From assembly GCA_963765575.1 (NCBI GenBank), contig CAVXWZ010000004.1, positions 1 to 64,000 of the forward strand: a stretch of 64,000 nt of DNA, read 5' to 3'. The position numbers were made by a program, and so were the translations under genes. Shown here in pieces: positions 39,860-48,713 of this stretch (positions within the stretch are counted from its first letter, which is position 1; every line of letters starts with the position of its first letter). Under the pieces are notes generated by a model. That model had not been told where the DNA came from. It worked only from the letters and a program-made list of their open reading frames with translations, and ran no database searches. The DNA is from an uncultured cyanobacterium. Its GTDB lineage: Bacteria; Cyanobacteriota; Cyanobacteriia; PCC-6307; Cyanobiaceae.

Positions 39860-40230
39860 TCACACCACTGCGGCCTGCTGCCGCCTCAGCTCCTCCAGCA
39901 CCTCGGTGCCATGGCCACTGGCGCGCACCGCCACCCAGCGGGCCCGCACCACCCCTTCGGGGTCGATCAGGAACGTATGGCGCTGGGAGAAGGGGGGGAT
40001 CCAGGAGCCGTAGCGCTGGCTCACCTGGCCGCCCGGGTCACTGAGCAACGGGAACGCCAGGCCTTCTTCGCTGCAGAAGGACGCGTGCGATTCGGCGTCG
40101 TCGGCGCTGACGCCAACCACCTCGGCACCGGCCTGGTGGAACCCATCCAGAACCCTCTAGAACCCACGGGCTTCCAGGGTGCAGCCGCCTGTGAAATCAC
40201 GGGGATAGAAATAGAGCGCCACCCAGCGCC
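39860..40230 (-). pseudogene. Truncated second copy of the peroxiredoxin (BCP/PrxQ)
   Basis: RWVALYFYPRDFTGGCTLEARGF*R...FPLLSDP...RHTFLIDP; in-frame TAG at 40157-40159; no 5' end. Confidence 0.88.
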
Positions 40231-40340
40231 ACTACTTCAGTCAGGCCCTCGGGCACTTCCAGGCCGCACTGCGCGTGAAGCCCGGCGACCCCTACGCCAC
40301 CCAGGCCGTGCGCAACGTCAGCACTTATCTGCAGCGCTGA
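40217..40340 (+). pseudogene. 3' fragment of a second TPR-like gene
   Basis: Closely matches 37256-37379 (FSQALGHFQAALRVKPGDPYATQAVRNVSTYLQR*). Confidence 0.9.
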
Positions 40341-40520
40341 TTCGAACGATTGCCTCCCTTCATCAACCAATCAGGGTTTGCGGCTTCAGGCCAGGGAGAG
40401 CCAGTTTCTGTTCCGCCACAGAGCGGGATCGACGAAGTATGCTCTGCCTCTTACGCTAAACAATGTAATGATTCTCTGTTCGTGAGCCCCCATGGCGGGT
40501 TCATCGTTCTTCACTTCTCC

Positions 40521-41063
40521 ATGCGAACAATCCTTGGCCTTGGCCTGGCTTCCACCGTTGCACTCACCCTTGGATCCCTCTCTGTCAGATCCGCAGAGGT
40601 ATCCAGTGCAGCCACATCAGCATGCACCTCTGCTGTGAACAGTCAGTACGGTGGTAATGTGCGCGATCTCAAGATCATCAGTAGTCAGTTTTCTCAGGCG
40701 AATTCGGAGGTCATGATTCGGGCCATTGGGGTGCGTGGTGGCAACACCAATGAGAAGTGGCGTTGCCTGGTGTCCAACACGGGTGACGTTCAGGATCTCT
40801 CGGTGGTCAATTCCGCAGCCGAGAAGGATGCTGGTGGCGGCTCCGTCAGCGAAGCAGCAAAATCCGCCTGCATGTCAGCGGTTAACAGCCAATATGGAGG
40901 AAATGTCCGCAATCTAAAAGTTCGTCGCAGCGAGTTTTCTGAGGCCAACTCTGTGGTGATCATCCGGGCCATCGGTGTGCGCGGTGGTGACACGAATGAG
41001 AAATGGCGCTGCCTGGTGTCGAACAGCGGTGAGGTCCAGGAAGTACGCGTGATGGGCAACTGA
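40521..41063 (+). CDS. Secreted protein with two tandem ~70-aa domains
   Basis: Signal peptide; SAC.SAVNSQYGGNVR.LK...S.FS.ANS.V.IRAIGVRGG.TNEKWRCLVSN.G.VQ occurs twice. Confidence 0.82.
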   Translation: MRTILGLGLASTVALTLGSLSVRSAEVSSAATSACTSAVNSQYGGNVRDLKIISSQFSQANSEVMIRAIGVRGGNTNEKWRCLVSNTGDVQDLSVVNSAAEKDAGGGSVSEAAKSACMSAVNSQYGGNVRNLKVRRSEFSEANSVVIIRAIGVRGGDTNEKWRCLVSNSGEVQEVRVMGN

Positions 41064-41109
41064 AAGCAACGGGCGCAGGGATAAGCGAAGCCTTGACTTT
41101 GGCAGCCCG

Positions 41110-41400
41110 ATGAATCTGCTTATTTCCCTCCTGGTGGGCAAGCCACTGGCCATCCTGCTGGTGGCTGCTTGCTTTCTCTCGGCTTACCTGGCGCTGCGGT
41201 TCAGATGGCCTGGGCTGGCCCATCAGCCCCGCGCTCTGCTGGGTGGGGCGATCGCCTGGGGGATCTATGCCATCTGGGAGGGGTTGGTGCAGCTCCTCAC
41301 GCCGGAGGCGAACATCCGGGTCGACCTCCTGCTGATCTGGCCCCTGCTGGGACTTCTGTCGCTCTGGTCGCTGCTGCGCACCTTCCGATCGGCACGGTGA
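41110..41400 (+). CDS. Small membrane protein, NIRVDLL family (copy 2)
   Basis: WEGLVQLLTPEANIRVDLLLIWP. Confidence 0.78.
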   Translation: MNLLISLLVGKPLAILLVAACFLSAYLALRFRWPGLAHQPRALLGGAIAWGIYAIWEGLVQLLTPEANIRVDLLLIWPLLGLLSLWSLLRTFRSAR

Positions 41401-41822
41401 TTGTGGTCGCGATTGCGAGCTGGACGCAGTGCTTGTGCTTCCTTGCCGCACTCATCTGCATCATCCTGGCCATCACCAGCGCATCAGGGCTGCGCGCCGA
41501 TGACATGCCCTTTCTGGGCTTTCTGGTGTTCCCCTATCTGCTGATGGGCATGCTGTCCTGGTGGCAGCGGAGCCGGCGTCGGCGCTCGGCAGTGGTGTTC
41601 ATTGCCGCCCTGCTTCTTTCCCTTGCTGGGATCTCGCTGCTCGGATTCGACAGCATCCACTTCCACACCGTGCCTGAACACCGCCTGGTGCAGCGGCTCA
41701 CCGTGATTGTCGTTCCGCTGCTGCAAACGGCTGCCGCACTGGCGCTCGCCGTTGTGCTGCTGCTGTCGTCACTGGTGAGACGACTGGCCGCTGCCTTGAT
41801 CGCCGCTCGGGGCCGCCGCTGA
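41397..41822 (+). CDS. Hypothetical four-TM membrane protein
   Basis: GTGA overlap with the upstream stop; four hydrophobic segments. Confidence 0.6.
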   Translation: MIVVAIASWTQCLCFLAALICIILAITSASGLRADDMPFLGFLVFPYLLMGMLSWWQRSRRRRSAVVFIAALLLSLAGISLLGFDSIHFHTVPEHRLVQRLTVIVVPLLQTAAALALAVVLLLSSLVRRLAAALIAARGRR

Positions 41823-41859
41823 CACCCAAGTGGGTCCGGCTCCGCTTCGCCGAGCGGGA

Positions 41860-42385
41860 TCAGCTGCCGAACACCACAGCTTCCGGCAACCGATAGCTCT
41901 CAGCGCTCCCGGTTGTCTCGGCGCCAATGGCCTTGCCCTTGTGGAAGTAGAGCGTCCGTGTGCTGCCATCGGGGCGTGTCGCCACCACCCTGGCCGTGCC
42001 TCCCTCGGCGCGGCCCACCACATAGGGACAGTCCACCATCGGCTGACCCTGGGCCATGGCGCAGGAGAGATTGCCGCTGGCATCGCCGTCCACCTGGGCA
42101 TCCCTGGCCGCCATCAGCAGTTCAGCGGCCACAAATCCCCGGGGGCCGCCGCCGAGGGGCCGCACAGCACACCAGTTGCGGCCTTCCACCTCGCTGCAGC
42201 CAAGGTTGTCCAGAAGCGCACCGATCGAGAGCGATCGCCCGAGGACCTGCGCTCTGGCAAGGGTTGGTGCATCGGTTCAAGCCGGAGGCCGACAGCCGCG
42301 TAGATCTGCTGCTTCCCTGCCTGGCGCTGGGGCTGTTGTCCTGGCGCCAGCGCAGGGGCCAGGGGGGTCTGGGTTTGACGGCCAT
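41860..42385 (-). pseudogene. Degenerate SH3-domain paralog (copy 3)
   Basis: LLDNLGCSEVEGRNWCAVRPLGGGPRGFVAAELL...YRLPEAVVFGS; frameshift near 42275; no lipobox; C-terminal deletion. Confidence 0.7.
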
Positions 42386-43179
42386 CAGCTGCCGAATACC
42401 ACCGCTTCCTCCACTTGGTAGCGCTCATCGCCCACCTGGATGGTGTAGAGCTGCTGCACCTTCCTGGCCGAGAAGGGCCCTCCACCCCCGGCCTCGCTGC
42501 TGTCAGCGGCGATCGCCTTGCCCATGTGGAAGTAGAGCGTCAGCTTGCTGCCATCCGGTCTGGTGACCACCACCTTGGCCGTACCACCCTCGGCGCGCTC
42601 CACACTGAACGGGCAGTTTCCCAGCGGCCGGCCCGGCGCCATCGCGCAGGAGATGGTGCCTGTGGCATTGAAATCCCCCTCGGCCGCCTTCGCCGGCTGC
42701 AGCAGTTCGGCGGCCACAAATCCCCGGGGGCCGCCGCCCAACGGCTGCACATCGCACCAGTCACGGCCTTCCGCTGTGCTGCAGCCGAGGTTGTCGAGCA
42801 CTGTTCCCACCATGAAGGTGGTGAGCACAGGGGCTGATAGGGATGGTTGCCCGCGCAGGTTCACCCCATCACTGCGCACCACCCAGTTGCGCGGTCCGCC
42901 CTCCTGCGCCGATCGGGGCGATCCGGATTCAGAGGCGGCGGCCTCCACCTCGGTGCTGCTCGCCTGCTCTGCCGCAGGCACTTGAGGCTCTTCAGCCTTC
43001 TGGCCGCAGGCCACCATGGCCAGGCCAAGGCAGAGGGCCAGGGCTGTGGTCGCGGCGCGGAGCTGGAACGGCAGCAGGTGATGGGAGATGGCGTGCGGGG
43101 GCGCTGGTGGTGACAGGTCAGCTTGGCAAGGAAGCACCCTCGCGGCCTCCTGGCCAGGAGCCGGCAAAATTGACGTCAA
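42385..43179 (-). CDS. Bacterial SH3-domain lipoprotein (copy 2; start uncertain)
   Basis: MVAC lipobox-like motif; GGPRNWVVRSDGVNLR...LDNLGC...WCDVQPLGGGPRGFVAAELL...ERYQVEEAVVFGS. Confidence 0.83.
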   Translation of the reverse strand: MTSILPAPGQEAARVLPCQADLSPPAPPHAISHHLLPFQLRAATTALALCLGLAMVACGQKAEEPQVPAAEQASSTEVEAAASESGSPRSAQEGGPRNWVVRSDGVNLRGQPSLSAPVLTTFMVGTVLDNLGCSTAEGRDWCDVQPLGGGPRGFVAAELLQPAKAAEGDFNATGTISCAMAPGRPLGNCPFSVERAEGGTAKVVVTRPDGSKLTLYFHMGKAIAADSSEAGGGGPFSARKVQQLYTIQVGDERYQVEEAVVFGS

Positions 43180-43191
43180 CTGGGCTGCTTC

Positions 43192-43794
43192 CTAACTGTT
43201 GACTCCCACCAGCTTGTTCAGGCGCAGCAGTTCGTCGAGCACCTCACGGCTGTGGCCGCTGGGCCGCACGGCCACCCACCGGGCCCGCAACACGCCGGCA
43301 GGGTCGATCAGGAAGGTGTGACGCTGGGAGAAGGGGGCGATCCAGGAGCCGTAGCGCCGGCTCACCTCGCCGCCCGGATCGCTGAGCAAGGGGAAGGCCA
43401 GACCCTCCTCACTGCAGAACGAGGCGTGGGAGTCGGCGTCGTCGGCGCTGACGCCCACCACTTCAGCGCCGGCCCGATGGAAGGCCTGCAGGTCCCGCTG
43501 GAAGCCGCGGGCTTCGAGGGTGCAGCCGCCGGTGAAATCGCGCGGATAGAAATACAGCGCCAACCAGCGCCCCTGGAAATCGCTCAGGGAGAGCTCGGTG
43601 GCCATCACCTCGGCTGGAGCAGCCCCGCCAGCGCTTGCCGGGGCCACACCGAAGAGCTGGAAATCTGGCGCTGCAGCGTCGAGGCTGGGCAAGCTTCCGC
43701 CCATGGCCAGGGCCCTGGACGGAGCAGCAACTGCCGAGATGCCGGTGACCAGGGCACCCGCCACGGCATTACGCAGGAGCTGTCGACGGCGCAT
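43192..43794 (-). CDS. Peroxiredoxin (BCP/PrxQ) with Tat-like signal peptide
   Basis: MRRRQLL N-terminus; LYFYPRDFTGGCTLEARGF; FPLLSDP; RHTFLIDP. Confidence 0.93.
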   Translation of the reverse strand: MRRRQLLRNAVAGALVTGISAVAAPSRALAMGGSLPSLDAAAPDFQLFGVAPASAGGAAPAEVMATELSLSDFQGRWLALYFYPRDFTGGCTLEARGFQRDLQAFHRAGAEVVGVSADDADSHASFCSEEGLAFPLLSDPGGEVSRRYGSWIAPFSQRHTFLIDPAGVLRARWVAVRPSGHSREVLDELLRLNKLVGVNS

Positions 43795-43825
43795 GGGAGC
43801 CGGGGGGAGGTCCGGTTGTGTTAGC

Positions 43826-44062
43826 TCAGATCCGGGCCAGGTTGATGCCCAGCTCGCGGGCATAGGGGCCGAGACCCTTCTTCTGGATGGTTTTGAGCGC
43901 CCGGGTCGACACCCGCAGTTTCACGAAGCGCTTGCCCTCGGCCCACCACAGGCGTCGGTACTGCAGGTTCACCTGCTGAAGCTTCTTGGTGCGCACGTGG
44001 GAGTGCGAGACGGCCATGCCGTTGTTGGCGCGCTTGCCGGTGAGCTGGCAGACCCGGGACAT
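43826..44062 (-). CDS. rpmB: 50S ribosomal protein L28
   Basis: [33 protein letters not shown]. Confidence 0.97.
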   Translation of the reverse strand: MSRVCQLTGKRANNGMAVSHSHVRTKKLQQVNLQYRRLWWAEGKRFVKLRVSTRALKTIQKKGLGPYARELGINLARI

Positions 44063-44145
44063 GACCTACAACCTTGACGAAGACAACAGAGCGGCGATCC
44101 AGGGACCGGCGCAGCCACCCACACTAGCAACCGGACCCTGCAGCC

Positions 44146-46107
44146 TCAGAGGCCTCGCTGCATCAACCGGCCCATCAGCGAGGCACTGCGCTGCTGGAAG
44201 CCGGCCAGCTGGTTGGGCTCCAGGCCGCCCACGGCCAGCCGGGCCAGGTCGTAGACGTGGCTGGCCAGGTCGTCGGCCAGTTGCTGGCTGGGTGAGGCCC
44301 CGCCGCTGCCGCCGGGAGTGGTGATCACGGCGCCGGCGGAGAGCTGCAGCAGGCCAGCCACCAGGGGATGGCGGCGGTTCACCAGCAGCACGTGGTGCTC
44401 GGGCAGGCCGGGCAGCCGCTGCTCCATCAGGGCACCCATGTCGTTGATGCGGCGCATCTGCTCGGGCAGCAGGATCAAGGCCGCCGGTGCCTCCTCACCC
44501 TTGAGCGCCTGCACCTGGATGGTCACCTTGTCGGTGTCGAGCACGCTGCGGAACAGCTCCCGCAGCTTCTCGGAGCTGTCCTTGCCCTCGACATCGGCCA
44601 GTTCGCTCTCCTGCTCCTTGAGGGAGTCGTCGAGTTCGGCATCCACCCGCTGGAAGGTCAGCTCCTCGTGGCGGTACTCCAGCCAGGGGATGAACTGGGT
44701 GTCGATGAAGGTGTCGGCGAGCAGCACCTCGGCCCCCTGGCTCTTCCACAGCGCCAGGGGACCGGCCTGGCCGGCCTCATCGGTGCAGTAGAGGATGCGC
44801 TTGGCGTGGTCGGCGTCGAGCCGGCGGCGGTAGCCGGCGAGGGTGGTGTAGCCCCTGCCATCGGGGCCGGCGATCGGATCGCAGCTGCCGCCCTCGCTGC
44901 CCTCGGCTGCGCTGTCGCCCTCGGGGCTGGGCGCCGGCTCTGGGGCGGGGGTTGCGGTGGTGCCGAAGAGCACCAGATCCGCCACCTGGTCGGCGAATTT
45001 CTCATCTTCCATGGCACCGATCTTGATGAAGGGTGCCAGCGACTCCCAGATCTCGGCATAGCGCTGGGGCTCATCGCGGTGCAGCTGCTTGAGCCGATCG
45101 GACACCTTCTTGGCCACGAAGCCACCGATGGAGCGCACCCGACGGTCGGTCTGCAGGGCCGAACGGCTCACGTTCAGGGGGATGTCGGGCGAGTCGATCA
45201 CGCCGCGCAGGGGCAGCAGATAGCGCGGCACCACCTCCTTGATGGAGTCGCTCACGAACACCTGGTTGCAATAGAGCTTGATTTCGCCCTTCTCCCAGTC
45301 GGCCCGACCACTGGATTTGGGGAAATAGAGAATGCCCTGCAGGTTGTAGGGGTAATCGGTGCTCAGGTGCACCCAGAGCAGGGGATCGCCCTGGAAGGGG
45401 TAGAGGTAGCGGTAGAGCTCGATGTAGTCGTCGTCGCCCATCTCGCGGGGGCTGCGGCGCCAGGGTGCCTCCCGCTTGTTCACGGTTTCCCCCTCCAGCT
45501 GTACCGCTACCGGCAGAAAATCGCAGTAGGTGGTGATCAAGGTGCGGATCCGGGCCGGCTCGAGATACTCGAGCTCCTCCTCCATCAGGTGCAGGATCAC
45601 ATCGGTCCCAGGCTCGCTGCGTTCGGTGCTCTCGAGGCTGAAGCGGGGGGAGCCGTCGCAGCTCCAACGCACCGCCTCGCTGCCCTGCCGCGCGCTCAGG
45701 GTCACCAGTTCCACCTGGGCGGCCACCATGAAGCTGGAGTAGAAACCGAGGCCGAAGTGGCCGATGATCGCGTCACCGTCGCTCTTGTACTTCTCGAGGA
45801 AGTCTTCAGCGCTGGAGAAGGCCACCTGGTTGATGTAGCGCTTCACCTCATCGGCGTCCATGCCGATGCCGTTGTCGGAGATGGTGACCGTTTTCTGCTC
45901 CCGGTCGATGCGGATCTGGATCTTGCCTTCCTCGCCCTCGCTGCAGTCGCCGGCCATGGCGGCCATGCGGCGCTTGCTGATCGCATCCACCCCATTGCTC
46001 ACCAGTTCCCGCAGGAACACTTCATGGCCGCTGTAGACGGCCTTCTTGATGATCGGGAAGATGTTTTCGGTATGGATCTGGATCTGGCCCTGTTCGGCTT
46101 GCAGCAC
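44146..46107 (-). CDS. htpG: Molecular chaperone HtpG (Hsp90)
   Basis: FLRELVSNGVDA, DNGIGM, IGHFGLGFYSSFMVA, DSPDIPLNVSRS. Confidence 0.97.
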   Translation of the reverse strand: MLQAEQGQIQIHTENIFPIIKKAVYSGHEVFLRELVSNGVDAISKRRMAAMAGDCSEGEEGKIQIRIDREQKTVTISDNGIGMDADEVKRYINQVAFSSAEDFLEKYKSDGDAIIGHFGLGFYSSFMVAAQVELVTLSARQGSEAVRWSCDGSPRFSLESTERSEPGTDVILHLMEEELEYLEPARIRTLITTYCDFLPVAVQLEGETVNKREAPWRRSPREMGDDDYIELYRYLYPFQGDPLLWVHLSTDYPYNLQGILYFPKSSGRADWEKGEIKLYCNQVFVSDSIKEVVPRYLLPLRGVIDSPDIPLNVSRSALQTDRRVRSIGGFVAKKVSDRLKQLHRDEPQRYAEIWESLAPFIKIGAMEDEKFADQVADLVLFGTTATPAPEPAPSPEGDSAAEGSEGGSCDPIAGPDGRGYTTLAGYRRRLDADHAKRILYCTDEAGQAGPLALWKSQGAEVLLADTFIDTQFIPWLEYRHEELTFQRVDAELDDSLKEQESELADVEGKDSSEKLRELFRSVLDTDKVTIQVQALKGEEAPAALILLPEQMRRINDMGALMEQRLPGLPEHHVLLVNRRHPLVAGLLQLSAGAVITTPGGSGGASPSQQLADDLASHVYDLARLAVGGLEPNQLAGFQQRSASLMGRLMQRGL

Positions 46108-46205
46108 GGTCCACTGGCAACGTCGTGTCGTTCAGGATCCACCGCCGCGGGGGCTGCCGCCAAGGGGGCGCCATGGGCAGGAAACCGTCCTGATCGGCTG
46201 ACGCC

Positions 46206-46355
46206 TCAGAACTTGCGCAGTTCGCGCCGGAGCGGCCCGGGGCCCGTTGGCTTGGGGTCCAAGGGCTCGGAGCCAGGCAGGCCGATGGCCAGGGCGGCCA
46301 ACACAAGGGCCGCTGACAGCCAGCCGTAGAAGGGCCGATGGTCCTGGCGCCTCAC
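46206..46355 (-). CDS. Putative 49-aa single-TM small protein
   Basis: GTG...TGA ORF reading MRRQDHRPFYGWLSAALVLAALAIGLPGSEPLDPKPTGPGPLRRELRKF. Confidence 0.4.
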   Translation of the reverse strand: MRRQDHRPFYGWLSAALVLAALAIGLPGSEPLDPKPTGPGPLRRELRKF

Positions 46356-46383
46356 TGCAGGCGCCTACTCACAGCCTTTGCCC

Positions 46384-46851
46384 CTACTCACAGCCCTTGA
46401 CGGAAATCCGGTAGCTGAAGCCCAGGGAGCCGGGCTGGCTGCTGGAGCCCACGCGGAAGTTCATCAGGCGACTGCGACGGCCGGGCACGGCCTGGAAGGG
46501 ACCGAATTCGCGACCTTCGCCGGGATCCAAGGTGGGTGTTTCGTTGATCACCTGCAGATTGGCGCCATCGGTGAACACCATGAAGCCCGCGATCGGAAAG
46601 GTGGCGCGTTCGCTGGAGGCGGAGGTGAAGAAGAAGCGGTAGCTCTTGTAGTCGCGATCCACCACGAAATCGGTGTTCCAGTTGGTGCGGCCCAGGGCGC
46701 GATCGGGGCCGATCTGCTTGCTCACCACGGGCTCACCGCTGCCGCCCAGGGGCACCAGAAACCGGCAGGCCGCCTGGGCAGGGGCGAGGCCCGTTGCGGC
46801 CGTGATCGCGAGTGTGGACAGCGCCGCCACGCTTGTGCCAAACAAGGCCAT
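46384..46851 (-). CDS. Hypothetical secreted protein
   Basis: Signal peptide ending AQA; GRTNWNTDFVV...YRISVKGC. Confidence 0.78.
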   Translation of the reverse strand: MALFGTSVAALSTLAITAATGLAPAQAACRFLVPLGGSGEPVVSKQIGPDRALGRTNWNTDFVVDRDYKSYRFFFTSASSERATFPIAGFMVFTDGANLQVINETPTLDPGEGREFGPFQAVPGRRSRLMNFRVGSSSQPGSLGFSYRISVKGCE

Positions 46852-47020
46852 ACCAGAGGTTTCAGGGCCTGCAAACGTACTCGACGCCTCCTCTAGCCTG
46901 CCCATGGTTGCAGTCCGCAACGTTGCTTCGGGGGGGCAATCCTTGGCATCGTCACCCTCTTGGATTCGCCAACGGCCTTGCTGATGCCGGCTTAGGGTTG
47001 GACTTTGGTAGCACAAAGGC

Positions 47021-47248
47021 ATGAACGTGACCGTTGAACTCTCCGACTAAGAGATACTCGAAATCCTCGACCTCACCGCTGAACGCAGGAAGGACCCCGC
47101 CATTCGCCGCCTGATGGAGGAAGCCCTGCAACAGCGGCGCCGCGCCCGGATTGGCCAGTGCTTCATCAGCGGTGCATGGGGCGTGCAGCTGCAGACCGTC
47201 GAGGCCGAGCAAGAGCGTGAACGCCAGCGAGATCAGGGCTGTTCCTGA
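47021..47248 (+). pseudogene. Orphan type II antitoxin-like gene (VapB/RHH-like) with premature stop
   Basis: MNVTVELSD*EILEILDLTAERRKDPAIRRLMEEALQQRRRARI...; TAA at codon 10; no adjacent toxin gene. Confidence 0.6.
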
Positions 47249-47254
47249 ACGTCC

Positions 47255-47479
47255 TCAGCCCGCCTTCTGCAACGCCGGTTTCTCCTCCGGCAGGATCGCC
47301 CCCTCCACCGGACACACCTGCAGGCAGATGCCGCAGTCGATGCAGGTGTCGAAATCGATCCAGTAGAAGTTGGTGCCCTTGCTGTTGGCGCCCTGGCCAG
47401 GGTGGATGCAGGCCACCGGACAGGCATCGACGCAATCGGCCACCCCTTCGCAGACGTTGGTGACGATCGTGTGGGCCAT
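47255..47479 (-). CDS. 4Fe-4S dicluster ferredoxin
   Basis: CEGVADCVDACPVACI...CIDCGICLQVCP. Confidence 0.93.
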   Translation of the reverse strand: MAHTIVTNVCEGVADCVDACPVACIHPGQGANSKGTNFYWIDFDTCIDCGICLQVCPVEGAILPEEKPALQKAG

Positions 47480-47505
47480 CGGAGCAGCGGAGTCTTGGCT
47501 TGATC

Positions 47506-48684
47506 CTAGGCAGCGATCCAGGTGGCCCGGCAGCAGCCGCGCGCGCTGGCGGCCCGGTCGGCCTCGGCCTGGCTGGCCACCGGATGGCCCAGCAGTTCGG
47601 CGCACTGGCCCTGGCCATGGAGCGTTTCCAGGACGTCGAGGGCCGCCGCCAGCGCCTCCTCGCCGCCGTAGCTCACCAGCACCGGCCGCGGGGCCGCCAC
47701 AGCATGGGCCGGCAGGCCCACCAGCTCGCGGACCGCCTCCACATCGAAGCCGAAGCCCACGCCCCAGGCCTGCTCCGCGCCGGCGCCGAAGCGCCCCACC
47801 AGGGCGTCGTAACGGCCGCCACTGGCGATCTCCACCGGTCCGTGCGGGCCCTGACACACCAGCTTCAGCACCAGGCCGTCGTAGAGGGCGAAATGGGGCT
47901 GGAAGCTGGGATCGAGCCGCACGGCCACCTGGTGCTTCGCCGCCGCTGGCGCCACCGCCGCCAGGGTGGCGGCCAGGTCGGCGAGCAGGGGGATCGGCCC
48001 CAGCCACTGCTCCAGGGCGTAGAGCACCTGGGGCGGTTCACCGCGCAGGCGCATCACTGCGGCCAGCCGCTGGCGCAGCGGTTCACTCAGCGGCAGCCGG
48101 GCCAGGGCCAGGGCATCGAGGCTGGTGAGGGCGGCCCGGGCGCCGGGACGCTGCTGCTCCGGCACCTGGGCCAGCAGGGCGCTGAGCAGGCCCTGATGTC
48201 CCACCAGCAACTGGGGCCGCTGGCCGGCGCCGAGCCCGAGCCGGGCGCTGGCGGCCAGCAACAGCCGCATCAGTTCCACATCGGCGCTGGCCGACGGTTC
48301 GCCCAGCAGCTCCACGCCGCTCTGCCACTGCTCATGGATGCACTGGTGACCGCTGTCGCCCGTGCTGCTGCGGAAGGTGGTGCCTTCGGCCCAGAGGCGC
48401 AGCGGCCGGGGCCGCTCGGCCATGCGGGTGCTGGCGGCGCGGGCGATGGAGGCGGTGAGTTCGGGCCGCAGGCCGAGGGGCTCGTCGGTGGCCAGGCGCA
48501 CCAGTTCGCGGCCGTCGATGGCGCCGCCGGCCTGGAGGGTGTCCAGGCGCTCGAAGCTCGGTGGCGCCACCGCCTGATAGCCCCACAGCCGGTAGATGCC
48601 GGCGAGGGTGGCGCAGATGGCCCGGTTCTGTTCCACCTCGCGGGGATTGAGATCCCGGACGCCGGCGGCGGGTTGCAGGGCCAT
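47506..48684 (-). CDS. hisZ: ATP phosphoribosyltransferase regulatory subunit
   Basis: MALQPAAGVRDL, LGLRPELTASIAR, QSGVELLG, YDGLV, SGGRYD. Confidence 0.92.
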   Translation of the reverse strand: MALQPAAGVRDLNPREVEQNRAICATLAGIYRLWGYQAVAPPSFERLDTLQAGGAIDGRELVRLATDEPLGLRPELTASIARAASTRMAERPRPLRLWAEGTTFRSSTGDSGHQCIHEQWQSGVELLGEPSASADVELMRLLLAASARLGLGAGQRPQLLVGHQGLLSALLAQVPEQQRPGARAALTSLDALALARLPLSEPLRQRLAAVMRLRGEPPQVLYALEQWLGPIPLLADLAATLAAVAPAAAKHQVAVRLDPSFQPHFALYDGLVLKLVCQGPHGPVEIASGGRYDALVGRFGAGAEQAWGVGFGFDVEAVRELVGLPAHAVAAPRPVLVSYGGEEALAAALDVLETLHGQGQCAELLGHPVASQAEADRAASARGCCRATWIAA

Positions 48685-48713
48685 GACGGGGCCGAGGGGG
48701 CGAAGGGGGGATC

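Noticed and set aside
32876..43179. Integron cassette array or prophage as an explanation for the island
   Set aside because: Genes alternate in orientation; no recurring attC-like sites and no integrase or phage genes seen.
43700..43794. Tat-type signal on the peroxiredoxin as a novelty
   Set aside because: Exported or lumenal PrxQ-type proteins are already known in oxygenic phototrophs.
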